A stretch of 62,312 nt of DNA, the filler included, from Chrysochromulina tobinii (lineage: Eukaryota), in NCBI GenBank assembly GCA_001275005.1. It is 5 parts of 5 records of this genome, joined end to end, with 100 filler letters (N's around TTAATTAATTAA, not from the genome) between each part and the next. Parts side by side here need not be neighbours in the genome. Positions count along the whole stretch, not along the records: positions 7,083 to 24,152 come from JWZX01001396.1; positions 24,253 to 35,588 come from JWZX01001397.1; 3 more parts are not named here. One strand, written 5' to 3'. This document shows positions 21,350-32,880 of this stretch, one piece after another. Under the pieces are notes generated by a model that did no database searches, had not been told where the DNA came from, and worked only from the letters and a program-made list of their open reading frames with translations. Within the stretch, counting starts at the first letter, position 1. Each line of letters begins with the position of its first letter. The translations under genes were made by a program, and so were the position numbers.

Positions 21350-22405
21350 TCACTTTCCGCGGCTCCGCTTGGACCCGACAGATGGCGAGCCGCTGCCTGC
21401 GGACACCTCGACGCTCACGATGACGGCGGCCGCTGTCGCTGCTTCCTCGTCGTCGGCCGGCACCTCGGCAACGACCGTCGGAATTCTCTGGTCGTCGTCG
21501 TCGTCGAGGTCGTGGACGTGGTCGTCGTCGGGGTCGCTCTCGCTCTCGCTGCTGCTCCCGCTCAGGTCGTGCGTGGCGCAGAACTTGCGGCCCGATGTGG
21601 CGCTCTTTTGGCACTTTTCGGAGGCGCAGCGCCGGCCACCGCCGTGTGCGATGCAGTAGGGCAGGCCGCCCGAGGCGGCGCTCTTACGGCAGCCGTTGGA
21701 GGCGCACCGACGGCCTCCCCCGTGCGCTGCACAGAAGTTGGCGCCGCCGAGGCCACCGGCACGCGCGCTTTTATTGCACCCATCGTGCTCGCAGCGTCGG
21801 CCGCCGCCGTGAGTCGCGCAAAGAGACGGCCCGCCGGCCCGAGCCGAGCGGTTGCATCCATTGTGCTCGCAGCGCCGGCCACCGCCATGGGCTGCGCAGA
21901 ACGGCGAGCCACCCGAGGCAGCCGACTTGCTACAGTCAGCCGCCTGGCAGCGCCGCCCTCCGCCGTGCGCTTTACAGAAGGGTGGCCCGCCGGCGCGCGC
22001 GATCTTGGTGCAGCCCTTGAAGTCGCACTTGCGGCCACCGCCGTGCATCGCGCAGAAGGGCAGCCCACCGGGACACGCATTCTTATCGCAGCCCTCGAAC
22101 TCGCAAGGCTTGAGCTCCTGCCGGTCTGCGAGCGCGTAGTCAAGGTGAAGTCAAGGTAGATAGTCAAGGTAGATAGTCAAGGTGCCTCCGTGAGCGCAGA
22201 AAGCGATACGTGCGCGCAGGCAGCACCGTTCACACAGCGGCGATGCAAGCACACCTTGCGGATCAGGCGGAGGCGGACCGATGGGTCGCATGACCCACAT
22301 GCAGTCATCGCACAGCGTCTGCAGCACCTCAAAGTTGCTCAGCATGTTGTGCCCGCAGCCTGGGCACTCGGCCATCGGGATGCCGGCAACCATCGTCGTA
22401 CTCAT
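21350..22405 (-). CDS. WRKY19-like zinc-finger repeat protein (C-x4-C...C-x2-H-GGG, about 7 copies); exons 22405-22255, 22125-21350
   Basis: Repeats such as CDFKGCTKIARAGGPPFCKAHGGGRRC; phase-1 GT-AG intron 22126-22254 links the upstream CPGC...CDDC exon; acidic tail. Confidence 0.85.
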
Positions 22406-22841
22406 CCTTCCGGAATCGTGAGGGAGTACAAGGTCAGACCCGCTTTCAGGCACTGTTCTTCACAGCCAATGGTCGGAGCATGGTCTTTCTTTTTTGGGTT
22501 GGTACCTGTCCGCTCCGACTTCCTATATTTCGTGAAGCTGTCACCCAAGTCTCCGGACCGGCGTACATACGGTTGCGGTTACCACCGTCTCCAATCTCGT
22601 CTGACGTCTCGCGCGTGAGTGACTCTTGTCTCTTCACGGTCGAGGGTCGACTCACTCACATGTCCGATAACACGGTTTTTGTGATCCGAATCACAACACT
22701 CTAACTATTCTCCGCGTAACTATGCGTCTATTCGGTCCTTACCAGGGTCCTACTGACCGCTTGAAAGTCTATGTCGCAAAACAATTCAATCCGTACAATC
22801 TACAAATCTACAAAACAGCCCCCCCACAATTGTGATGCGCT

Positions 22842-23835
22842 TCAAGGAATGCCCGCCAGCATGGCTCCGAGCCCAAGCAGCTGACTCACAAAATATCCGT
22901 GGTTTCGATCGCGAGGCACGCGAATGCCAGCCACCTTGACCGCGAAGAGTGCAAAGTAGTTCCTCAGGAAGTTGGGTCCTCTAACCGTGGCGAACGCCAG
23001 CCCAGCCGTGATTGCAATCGTCTCATCCACAACCATCGCGAGCTCGTAGCGGTACAGCGCCAAGAACGGCCTCGGTCCAGCAAGGACACAATATACCAAG
23101 CCTCGGCCACATGCCTGTGAATGTGAAGCAGCGTGGACCATCATAAAGGTTCGGGGGTTGGGAAGGCGGGGGTGTGCGAGCGCTTACCGTAGCGTCCTCG
23201 ATTCCTGGCCAGAGAATCGCGGTCAGGTTCTCATCGAAGAACGGTAGGCACTCCTCCACTGGCACGAAGAGGCCATCCGCACTCGAGCGTGCTGCCCACC
23301 GTGCAACTGCGGCGAGCGATGGAGTGGCGAGCAGGCTCGACCAAAGCGCAGGCAGCAGGCGCAACGCCGACGCGATGCCCCAGGCGTACGGCGCGTCGAA
23401 GACGTAATCAAGCACCACCGCAACGCAATCCCATCGGTGAGCCTCGAGCGCCTCCTCCGAAGCCATGCTGAGGGCCACTCCGGCATCGGTTCGGAGGATC
23501 ACATCGCCGCCTCGGATGCTGAGGGCCACCACCACGCATATGGCGAATGCGACGCTGATTTCTCGCCACGACCTAGCAATCTGACAAGAGATATTCAGCG
23601 CGTGCCCTGCGGTCTCGCCCACCTTTTTTGCCACACTGCGTGCTGCTTCAGGGGATACAAAGCGAGCACTCGGTGGTACCGCGGATGGTATCGCGGAGTG
23701 CTTCTCAAGCTTAACCAGCCTCAGATGGTGGTGAATACATTTGATCCGAGCTCGTCCATCACCTTGAGGCTGGCCGCGGGACGAGTAACGCTGCCGGAAT
23801 GGCTCTTGAGGCGAGCGCGAGCGGCGGCGGCGCAT
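22842..23835 (-). CDS. Hypothetical membrane protein; exons ~23835-23188, 23114-22842
   Basis: ORFs 23023-23955 and 22842-23144 are joined in frame by a GTAAGC...TTCACAG intron 23115-23187; several hydrophobic segments. Confidence 0.55.
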
Positions 23836-24152
23836 GCTCGCCAATACACGTCTATACCCGTTCAAAGTGGCCTCGAAGTTTCCAAGGGCCTTGAAGTTTC
23901 CTAAACTCTTGATTGAAGAGTTGACTTCGACGAAATTTGGGTCAAACCTGATCAAACTTCGACGAAAAACTGAGTTTGATCAGATCAGTAAGCAAGCAAG
24001 GTCTGAAAATCTCGGACTTACCTGCGTGAAGAGCGTTCACGGACACCTTTCATAGGTTTCTGAGGAGGTTAGTGCGTAACCCGGACTTCATTTACAAACA
24101 GGTGCATAACCCGGACGTCACTAACCCGGACTTGGCCGTGTCCGGGTTACGC

Positions 24153-24252
24153 NNNNNNNNNNNNNNNNNNNNNNNNNNNNNNNNNNNNNNNNNNNNTTAA
24201 TTAATTAANNNNNNNNNNNNNNNNNNNNNNNNNNNNNNNNNNNNNNNNNNNN
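24153..24252. other. Artificial contig linker
   Basis: N/TTAATTAATTAA/N. Confidence 0.97.
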
Positions 24253-25818
24253 AAACGGCGACCGCGACTGGCATGCCGGCGGGAACTGCGCACTCGGGCG
24301 GCGGGGCGGCCTGTGGGGTGCTCGACGTGAGCTCGAGAGCAGCAGGCGGCTCGGTTTCGGCAGAAGCTCGGATCGACGTGACGGCCATCGCAGACACCAA
24401 CGACTCTGGCGAATTGAGAGCAGAGAAAGCGTCTACCTTGGATAGAAGCAAAGCGCAGCGAGAGCATGGCGAGGCATTGGCTGAACCACTGCACTCGCGG
24501 TGGAAAAGCAACATGATGCTCCGAAGCACCTGCGCCCACGACGGGCGCTCCGAGTCCCGCTGCGCTTGGCCGCCGCCACGCTCCGCGCAGAGCGCCAACC
24601 GCGTCGATGACCAAATCATCCGCGACGACGCTCGCCCTCGCCTGCGGATTATACAGATCTGGAGCCGGCGCAGCTCTCGCCAATGCCTCTCGAGGGCCCG
24701 CTGTCATCCTGCGCTGCAGCTTGAGGACGTGTGACACCCTGCGGGAAGCGGGAGACGTTTTCAGAGGTGAGTGTGACGGCAGTACACTCACGGGCGCTCT
24801 GAGCTCATAATCGTGCTGAGGATCCGTGGGTGGGTGGTCATGGGCCGGCGCACCCATGGTGACGACGCTCCTCCTTCAGGCGGCGCAACGCGTCGGCCGC
24901 CATCGGCGCGCACGTGAGGCAGTGCACGCACGCCAGTGCGCGTGCTTGGGCATAGGGGCCACGGCTGCACGTGGCACATGACCAGGAGGGCTCCTTGTCG
25001 CGCGCCACCACTGGAAGGCTCAGCGCCTCAACGCGGGTCACGACGATGCAGCTTCCAATGTTTGTGAACACGTTGAGCTCCGGCGGCAGCACGCCATCCT
25101 GGAGAGCCACGCATACAAAGGAACCCTCGGGCGGCAGAAGGAGGTGATCGTTCTCCTCGGCAGAGGGATACGGAACAGGCGACGGCGGTGGCACAAACTC
25201 ATGCTGGCAGGCCCTTGGCGCCAGGTCATCCACCGTATAGTTAGCAATAAGTGTGCCACGAGCGTGCGTGTTGCCCTCGGCCATGACTAGGTCGCCATCC
25301 ACGTCAGATGCCTCCCCTTGCTCCATAATGAGCGTCGGCACGGGTAAGTGCGATGGGTGAAGCGCCTCAGAGGATGATGAAATATGCGAAAGTGCTTCTG
25401 AGAGCACGTGCATTTCGCCCGCGCGAACGCCCACGTCACTCGACCCCCTGTCGATCGCCAAAGAGGCGACTGGAATTCGGACTGCTTCAGGTGCCGTAAG
25501 AGCGTCGGCGGGCCCTGTGCCCGAGCGCTTCGCATGGCGGATATCGACGGAGGGAGACGTGTGCCGCTTCCCAGTATGTTTTGCCTTGGTGCACGTGTGC
25601 TTGAGGCGCTTCGAAGCGCTCTCGCAAGCCTTGCAGCTCGCTTCGGCTAGGGCATTGTAAGCATCCGTGGACGGGGTTACGGCACTTTGCTCCCAGCCCG
25701 TTCCACAGACGGGCGTCGTGGGCGACGGGCGCAGGGCGGCATCGGGCGAGGGTGACCGGCTGACCGCGAGCGCCTTCCTGGAGGCTGGAGCGTCCGGTGC
25801 GCAATCGAGGGCCTCCAT
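24253..25818 (-). CDS. Hypothetical Cys/His-cluster protein, probably spliced or frameshifted, running into the gap
   Basis: ORF 24838-25965 (likely start MEALDC) with CKACESASKRLKHTC and WSCATC...CVHC; further coding-like frames at 24253-24857. Confidence 0.45.
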
Positions 25819-26124
25819 GGAGCGTGGGCACGGGCGGAGTGGTAGTGGGCAGACAGAGGCGACGCCGACGGCGTCTGAAACAGAAAAATCGCAACCGAAA
25901 CACCAAATAGGTACCAAAAAGGGGTCTGAGGAATGAAATGCATGCGACTTTGGAAGTACCGGCACCAGCGTCTCCCCAGACGCTCATCTTCGGCAGACCG
26001 AAGGCCACACACCGGCCCAAGGCAACGCACGCGTGAGCGCGTGCACGTACTCCCCCACCCCTTTCCGACGTATAGTTACTAGCGGTGGAGTGAGCGTGGG
26101 GGGACCGCGAAGAAACTGAACTGA

Positions 26125-26640
26125 ACTGAAAACGCAAAACGCAAAACGCATGTAAAACGCAAAAACGAAAAACGCAATACGCAATACGCAAACGCAAAAC
26201 GCAAAACGCAATGCGGGTCAAAGCCCCAATACGCAATACGCAAACGCAATACGCAAAACGCAATGCAGGCCAAAGCCCCAATACGCAATACGCAAACGCA
26301 ATACGCAATTCGCAATGCGGGCCAAAGCCCCATTACGCAATACGCAAACGCAATACGCAATACGCAATGCGGGTCAAAGCCCCAATACGCAATACGCAAA
26401 CGCAATACGCAATACGCAATACGCAATAAGGGTCTTAGCCCCAATACGCAATACGCCGAATACGCAATACGCAATACGCAATACGCGCCAAGGTAGTTCC
26501 TAGTGGGTACGCCCATACGCAATACGCAATACGCAATACGCAATGCTGCTCAAAGCGGGTACGCAATACGCAATACGCAATACGCAAACCCTGTCAAACT
26601 GTTTTGTGTAATACGCAAAAGGCTGCCTCAATACGCAATT
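26125..26640. repeat. (AATACGC)n heptamer array with recurring GCGGGTCAAAGCCCC interruptions
   Basis: Directly visible A-rich array, unlike its GC-rich surroundings. Confidence 0.95.
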
Positions 26641-26790
26641 GCTCAAAACGCTGCGTATGGCGTACCTCTCATCTCTCAATTGCCCCGCGGTTCCGAAGGT
26701 GGGGGCGCAGCACGGCAGCAGCCTCCCATTTTTAGCCCATTTTGGTTGCCCAGACCCGCCCGCCCTCAACCGGTGATCCGGAGCGGCTGT

Positions 26791-26820
26791 TGAGAGTGAG
26801 AGAGAGAGAGAGAGAGAGGA
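26791..26820. repeat. (GA)n microsatellite
   Basis: tgagagtgagagagagagagagagagagga. Confidence 0.85.
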
Positions 26821-27719
26821 GGACTGAGAGCTACCGGCAAAGGTGCCGTTCCGCGTTCGTACCCCGTGTGTTGCGATTGGTGCAATCGATTCGTGTGTTG
26901 GCTATTGTGTGGGGGTGTCCGACGCGTGGAGCGTCGCCCTCCTGCCCTCTGGTCGCACCGTGGGGCCGGCGCGATGCCGGGGGTCGCAATTCATTTTCCG
27001 TCATTTCGGCCGACGCCCGGGGCTTCCGGCCGACGCCTACCGATCTCTCCTCCGACGGCCCCCACGAGGGCCAGCCGAGCCTCCCCGCGCCCACGGCGCG
27101 CAATCCGCCGCCTCAACATCATACGTCATGCGGTGCTTCTCGTAGCTCATACTACCAGCGAGACGTCTGGGCATTAAAGTCCATCCCCACAAGGTGGATG
27201 GCAGCGGTCGACTGGCCGCCGCTATGATTGCATGCACCGAGCTCCAGAGAGGACGAGGCACAAGGGGCTCTCAACGTACAGGCGCTCGCTCACACGCGGA
27301 CGACACCCCCGGACAGGGCGGGTCGCGAGCCGGTTGCTACTTTCGGGGTGTCACAAAGCTCACATATTGGCCCCAGCGCAGGATTGACTGCACAAAGACA
27401 AACCACAGCATAAAGCACTACTACCAACACGAGTTGAGAGCTTCCCCACAGCTTCAGTTCAACTCAGTGTCCTCCTCTTGCGCATGCTGTCGCTCCAAGA
27501 AGCGCTTGCTATGCTCGCGGAGGATCCGCTTGACCTCCTCGTCGACGCATCCGCATCGCTCGTCGGCCACGCATCGCCCACCGGCGTCCGGCGCGCCGCT
27601 GCCAGCCTCAAGGCCGAGCGCCCGCGCCACCGCGGCGATGCGCTCGCTATCGTTTGAAACCTTCCCAATTTCGTTGAAAACTGTGTTGCACGTCTGGCGC
27701 CGTCCGGTCTCTCAAACAT

Positions 27720-29786
27720 CTATGCACTCATGACAGCGATGGCCTCGCGCACCACCCGCTCGACGCACTCGTGCTGCACCAAGGGCCGCAACTCCAGTTC
27801 CAAGCACGCGGTGACGTTGACCCGGGCAAACAGGGGCCTGCCCTCGGCGCGCGCTCTCACGTAGGTCGCGTGCTCCTCCCCACGCTGCAGCCTGGCCACA
27901 TGGCGCATCACCGCCGCCATGTAGCGCACCACGAGCTCGTGGGTCAGTAAGGTCTCCATCTTCACGCGCCCATTGCGTCCGATGCACTCGGCGAGCCGCG
28001 GCCGTTGACGAAGCGCGTCGAGAGCGGCCGCTAAGTCTTCGCACAGCGCGCCGAGCGGGTCGCTGCTGCTCATGTTGAGCGGTACAAAGTCGACGCCGGG
28101 CAGCAGGAGCTTGGAGACGAGCGAGTCGACCTGCCCTTCGCCTGGCTCGGCTTTTGGAAACGGAGCCGCCTCATCCACCGCCAAGACTGCCGCGGAGCCG
28201 CACGCGAGCACGTACGGGAGCCGATTGATCCATCCCGACGTGCCGGACAGGAGCAGCAGGTGCCGCCAGTGGCACATGTACCGGAACTGCCAGCTGTCTG
28301 GTCCGAGGACGGTTCGCGTCTCCAGGCGCTCGAGAGCACTTCGAATCGGCCGTTGGACATCGAGGAAGCCGCGCAGCGCCTGCGCGCCGCTGCCGTCCGC
28401 GCGCAGGCACCGGAGGAGGCTCAGTCGTAGCGGCTTGATCGCGCCGTCCCCGTCAAGCTGCCGGACCGTCGCGTCGTAGAGCACTCGGTCGAGCCGTTGG
28501 CCAAAAGGGATCGTCCTCGCGTGCCGGTAAATGGGTGGGCCGCCGCTCGGCCAGGCGAGCACATGGTTCTCTGGGTAGCCTCCCCACATCATGTGGTCTG
28601 GCCACAGGACGTGCGGCCGCTTCGGATGGGACAGGTACGAGAGCACGAGCTGCGTCATGGGCGTTGGCTCTCGTACGCGGTTTTGAGAGCGAGTCCGTCG
28701 CGGGTTGGAGAGCGTGTCCATGCAGTTGTGGATCACGCACACATCTTCGACGTGGTGCCGCCTGAGTACGTGCGCCATCCCGAGCAGGAAAGCATTCGCA
28801 CGGTACGTCGAGCCGAGCCGAAGGTCGTGAGGAGAGGCCACCCAGAGCGCGCCATCGACGACGCACGCTTGCACGCGGCACCAGGGGGAGAGCAGCGCGA
28901 AGCCTCTCCTCACATCGTCCAGCAGTTGTCGGCGCCCGCTCCAGGGCTGCATCGTCTCCCGAACGATGGGCGCAAACGACTCGGTGAACGATGGCGTCGG
29001 CGGCGGCGACCGGCAGACGTCGTCTGTCAACGGGAGGCTAGGGCGCGGCCGAGTTGATACGCGGTCGAGGACCGGTCGCACTTCAGGGCAGTAGCCGTGG
29101 TGCTCGCAATGCCCCGGGTACACACCCGCGGAGACGTTCATCGTCAACCTGCCGCCGAGCTCCCAGCCGAACGCAACGGCCACCGCTGGCGTCTCCGAAG
29201 CGCGCGCCTGTGCCCGGCGGGCAGTGGCGGCCTGGAGCCAAGACTTTTGGCACGCGGCGAACCGCGAGGCCGGCAGCAGGTGTGTGCCTGCCGTTGCAGC
29301 GGCGAGGACGACGTCGTCGTGAGCGGGCGAGTCGCACCGAGACGCTGCCGTCCGCTCGAGCAACGGCGTCCAGCGTCCACGATCCACCCGACCGGATCGA
29401 AAGTCGTCCACGTCGGTGTGCAGGCGGTCGAGATCGCACCGTGCAAACCATGAGCAGTCATTCCAGCGGCTTGACACGGAGATGAAGTTGCAGTTCGCAC
29501 AGCCCAAGCACAGCGAGATGCAAGCTGCTGTGGCTGTCCACGCGCTGTCCACATGCTCGCGCGCGGTTGCGAGCTCGTGGGTGGAGAGCGCGAAGCTGCC
29601 CTTCTCTGCGGTGGTGCACGAGGCGTAGGCCTCCTTTGCGCTCGTCACGGCGCAGAAGCCTCGGGCGGAGCCCTTGTGCTGCCAATCTCGAAGAAGCGCC
29701 GCGATCAGTGCCGTATCGTTGCGAGTCGCCGAGATGCCACGCGCCTGAAAGCTCTGCATCTTCATCCCTCCGACCGACTCCCGCAT
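27720..29786 (-). CDS. Glycosyltransferase family 90 (CAP10/KDELC-like) with N-terminal Cys-rich domain
   Basis: WRHLLLLSGTSGWINRLPYVLACGS, LLPGVDFVP and AECIGRNGRVKMETLLTHELVVRYM follow the GT90 C-terminal pattern; VLWPDHMMWG. Confidence 0.75.
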   Translation of the reverse strand: MRESVGGMKMQSFQARGISATRNDTALIAALLRDWQHKGSARGFCAVTSAKEAYASCTTAEKGSFALSTHELATAREHVDSAWTATAACISLCLGCANCNFISVSSRWNDCSWFARCDLDRLHTDVDDFRSGRVDRGRWTPLLERTAASRCDSPAHDDVVLAAATAGTHLLPASRFAACQKSWLQAATARRAQARASETPAVAVAFGWELGGRLTMNVSAGVYPGHCEHHGYCPEVRPVLDRVSTRPRPSLPLTDDVCRSPPPTPSFTESFAPIVRETMQPWSGRRQLLDDVRRGFALLSPWCRVQACVVDGALWVASPHDLRLGSTYRANAFLLGMAHVLRRHHVEDVCVIHNCMDTLSNPRRTRSQNRVREPTPMTQLVLSYLSHPKRPHVLWPDHMMWGGYPENHVLAWPSGGPPIYRHARTIPFGQRLDRVLYDATVRQLDGDGAIKPLRLSLLRCLRADGSGAQALRGFLDVQRPIRSALERLETRTVLGPDSWQFRYMCHWRHLLLLSGTSGWINRLPYVLACGSAAVLAVDEAAPFPKAEPGEGQVDSLVSKLLLPGVDFVPLNMSSSDPLGALCEDLAAALDALRQRPRLAECIGRNGRVKMETLLTHELVVRYMAAVMRHVARLQRGEEHATYVRARAEGRPLFARVNVTACLELELRPLVQHECVERVVREAIAVMSA

Positions 29787-29888
29787 GTCGTGGTGCCCGA
29801 CCCTGTGTGCGAGAACAGTGCTGCGGACTGTCTGTGAAGTCTGAAGTGTGAACTCGCCTGAGCGGTGTGAATTATTTGGATTGAATGA

Positions 29889-30878
29889 TTAGTGTTCAGG
29901 GGACGGTCTCGTCTCCCTGTCCCCGATGCCCGCGACCTGCATCCACTCGGCGCAGCGCGCGAACCCCTCGGCCTCGTAGGCGGCGAGCGTTGCGTCCGAC
30001 GGTGGCGACAGCGCATGGCGGAAGCGCACGAGGTTCTCCGGGGAGAGCTCCAGCGACCGACCGTGCTTGTACTTCCACTTGAGCGTCGGCATCGGTCGCG
30101 GAGCTGGCCAGGCCGCCGAGAGGGCACGACTGGCGACGGCAAGGGCATAACCCTTGGCGAAGGACTTGCCGGTGATCACCGGCGTCGGCGGCTCCTGCCC
30201 CGAGTCACTCGGGGCAGGAGCCTTCGAGGGGCAGGGCGAGATGGCGAAGCCGACGCCGGCAAACGGGCTGACGAACGCCACGTCACACGTGCCGTGCCAC
30301 GGATCAGGGAACAGATCCCATAGGCCGCCATCAACGTCCAGCCGGCGAGTGAGAGCTTGCCAAACGTTGGCTGGGGCGGGCAGGGCAGTGGCAGCAAGGC
30401 ACGGGGTGGTGGCGCGCGTGAGGCACCCCGTGAGGCCAGGTATGTCGGACGACGACGTGACCGCGTGGATGAGCTCGTCGCGCGAGCCGAAGCTGCACTT
30501 GTGGTACAATGCACCCACCTCGCCAGGACGGAGAGACGTGAGCGCCACGTGGAGCCTGCCCGAGGCCCGCTGGTGCGCGTCCAAAGGCAGGTGCTCGTCG
30601 AGGTGCTTTCGAACGCCATCGACGAGGCTGTAGCCAGGTGTGACAATGCCGAGAGGTTGTGATCGCGCCTCCATCGCAAGCGCCGACAGAGCCAAGCGGG
30701 CCTGCTGCAGTGGCACACCCGCTACAATGACCGCGCCAACGATTGCACCCGCCGAGGCGCCGGCAACTTGTAACGAACCATTCTCTAGGACGCCGGCCCG
30801 AAGGAGCGCTTCGCTGACGCCGAGATGCCACGCGCCAAGAAAGCCCGCGCCTGAGAGAGAGAGACGGATGGGCTTCAT
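29889..30878 (-). CDS. Patatin-like phospholipase (PNPLA type)
   Basis: SGAGFLGAWHLGV oxyanion loop, GASAG nucleophile, DGG acid. Confidence 0.92.
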   Translation of the reverse strand: MKPIRLSLSGAGFLGAWHLGVSEALLRAGVLENGSLQVAGASAGAIVGAVIVAGVPLQQARLALSALAMEARSQPLGIVTPGYSLVDGVRKHLDEHLPLDAHQRASGRLHVALTSLRPGEVGALYHKCSFGSRDELIHAVTSSSDIPGLTGCLTRATTPCLAATALPAPANVWQALTRRLDVDGGLWDLFPDPWHGTCDVAFVSPFAGVGFAISPCPSKAPAPSDSGQEPPTPVITGKSFAKGYALAVASRALSAAWPAPRPMPTLKWKYKHGRSLELSPENLVRFRHALSPPSDATLAAYEAEGFARCAEWMQVAGIGDRETRPSPEH

Positions 30879-31030
30879 TTTGTGACTGCGCGCGAGTGTG
30901 AAGACGAATTGTGGTGAAGGAATTCGCGCGTCGCTACGATGTCCACTGTGCGTGCCCCCTTGCGACTAGCTTACACCTGAGCGCAGCTTTCAATGGTTGG
31001 TATTGCAGTCGTATTTTTCAGAGGTCATTT

Positions 31031-32602
31031 ATGGCGGAAAGTAGAGCGTGTGAAATGAATGCTGCTGCTTCACCACCTCTTAGCCAGAGGACGTCTTGCG
31101 CAGCAGCTGGCCCTCAAATGGGCGTGGTCGACTGGGCTCAGGAGGCGCGTCGCGCCGCTGTCAATGCGATTGACGACGCACTGTTGCAGCCGCTTTACCG
31201 ACTGCACGACAAGAAAGTTGTCCACCACACCACGAAGACACTCCTCGCCGTCGAGATGTACCTGCTCCGCTTTGTCGAAGATCCTTACATGCCTGAGATC
31301 TTGAAGCGCGTCATCCGTAAAGCGTGGGAGCTCACGTGCGATGAGATGAACGCGGAGCTCGTCGAAGAGGTCCTTGATATGTTTGGGCAGGCGGACCGCC
31401 AGCTGGCCAAATACCGGCTCGATGGCTGGCCGGGACCACCTCGGCTGTGGTACTTTGGCGACGCTGGCGTCAGCACATGCGAGGCCACGCGCCGCTTCTG
31501 GCTGGGCATGCGCGCAAAGTTTCTGTACGCGCAGATTCCTGCAGACGCCTCGACGTGGAAGGTGGTCCGCGACCCGCTCGGCTTTGTGATTCTCGCATTG
31601 AAGATGCAGCCGATCTCGTCCCTCTTCGCCTTCTTTGCAACCTTTGTGCTCATCGAGCGCGACGACGAGTATCAGCTGGTGCGGTTCATCCTGAAGGTCA
31701 AAGCGGCATCCTTTTTCAGCCAAGGTATAGTGCCCGCCGTCGCCCTTGGCATGGGCTACCACCGTTGTTTGTTGTCGAGCGGGGCTGGCTGCGTTGACAG
31801 CTCACCCGCCTCCTCGCCGACGTTCCCGTTATACATCGCGTCGACCGTGGGGCAGCTCTGCTTGATTTGGTGGTGCTTCGGCCTGCTGGCCTGCAAGCAA
31901 GCGTACGGCGGGAAGGAGAACATTCAAGCTCTGGAATACGTCCGCCTCGACGTTGCCGATGGTAAGATGGATGGCGCTGTGACCGAAGCACACATCAGGA
32001 AGCTTAGCAAGGTCCGAGGCGCTGAAGCGGCAGCCCCGAGCTGCGCGATCCATGTACATCAGGTGCGCGATGCCATCGAGGCGCAGCGTCGCCGACGCCA
32101 AGCATCACGGCGCATGGGAGGCTACCTGCCGTACTTTATGCTATTCGATCTATTTGTCCTGATTGCGTTGGTGCTCGGCTGGATCGTCGGCTTCGTCTAC
32201 AACTATGGACTGGACCCCCAGGACCCAATCTTCTGGTCGAGCCTATACGACCTCAAGATGCTCTACGGCCTCGGCTCGTTCCCGTTCCTCCTGTTTCAGA
32301 TATATCCCATAGGCGAAGCGCTGCACGAGGCACAAGCCACCGGCTACGATCAATCTGGGCAGCTCGTCCGGTGCCTGTACACTTCCGACCGTCTGGCAAT
32401 CTACCGTGCCACGCACCCGCCGACCACCAGCGCCCGTGTCGAGAGCATTCTGAAGCGCGGGCCCTCACCCGAGGAGCAGGCTGCAGCCACCAAGATACAG
32501 GCCGTCCGACGCGGTCGGAAGGTGCGCACCTTGTACGGCTTTCTAAAGGGGCTTGCTGCGCGGGTGAGCCAGCTGTGGCCGAAGAGTTCGAAAAGCAAGT
32601 AG
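31031..32602 (+). CDS. Multi-pass membrane protein with C-terminal IQ calmodulin-binding motif
   Basis: 563-aa ORF with 5-7 hydrophobic segments and AATKIQAVRRGRKVR; first ATG at 31031. Confidence 0.72.
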   Translation: MAESRACEMNAAASPPLSQRTSCAAAGPQMGVVDWAQEARRAAVNAIDDALLQPLYRLHDKKVVHHTTKTLLAVEMYLLRFVEDPYMPEILKRVIRKAWELTCDEMNAELVEEVLDMFGQADRQLAKYRLDGWPGPPRLWYFGDAGVSTCEATRRFWLGMRAKFLYAQIPADASTWKVVRDPLGFVILALKMQPISSLFAFFATFVLIERDDEYQLVRFILKVKAASFFSQGIVPAVALGMGYHRCLLSSGAGCVDSSPASSPTFPLYIASTVGQLCLIWWCFGLLACKQAYGGKENIQALEYVRLDVADGKMDGAVTEAHIRKLSKVRGAEAAAPSCAIHVHQVRDAIEAQRRRRQASRRMGGYLPYFMLFDLFVLIALVLGWIVGFVYNYGLDPQDPIFWSSLYDLKMLYGLGSFPFLLFQIYPIGEALHEAQATGYDQSGQLVRCLYTSDRLAIYRATHPPTTSARVESILKRGPSPEEQAAATKIQAVRRGRKVRTLYGFLKGLAARVSQLWPKSSKSK

Positions 32603-32880
32603 GTAACAAGTAGGCATTGCAAGTGTGTAGGTCGGAGACTGCGTGCTGTGGGACGATACGCGCTCATTCGGACACTCGGAGCCTCTAAAGCTTTCACACA
32701 GAAACCTTTCACACCGTCCGATACTAGAGATTCTACGTTGAAAGATCGGATCTTGCGAATGCTAATACGCTCGACAGCCGTCTGGTTCGGTACACGTGTC
32801 GTGACATCTCGACCCGAGTCGCCGAGTGTACCAGTTGAAACAGAGGGCCTTGGAGCGCTCATCGGTTGGATTGGAACCCA

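Noticed and set aside
26125..26640. Heptamer array as a possible telomere
   Set aside because: Internal to a contig, interrupted, and lacks the G/C-run pattern of telomeric repeats.
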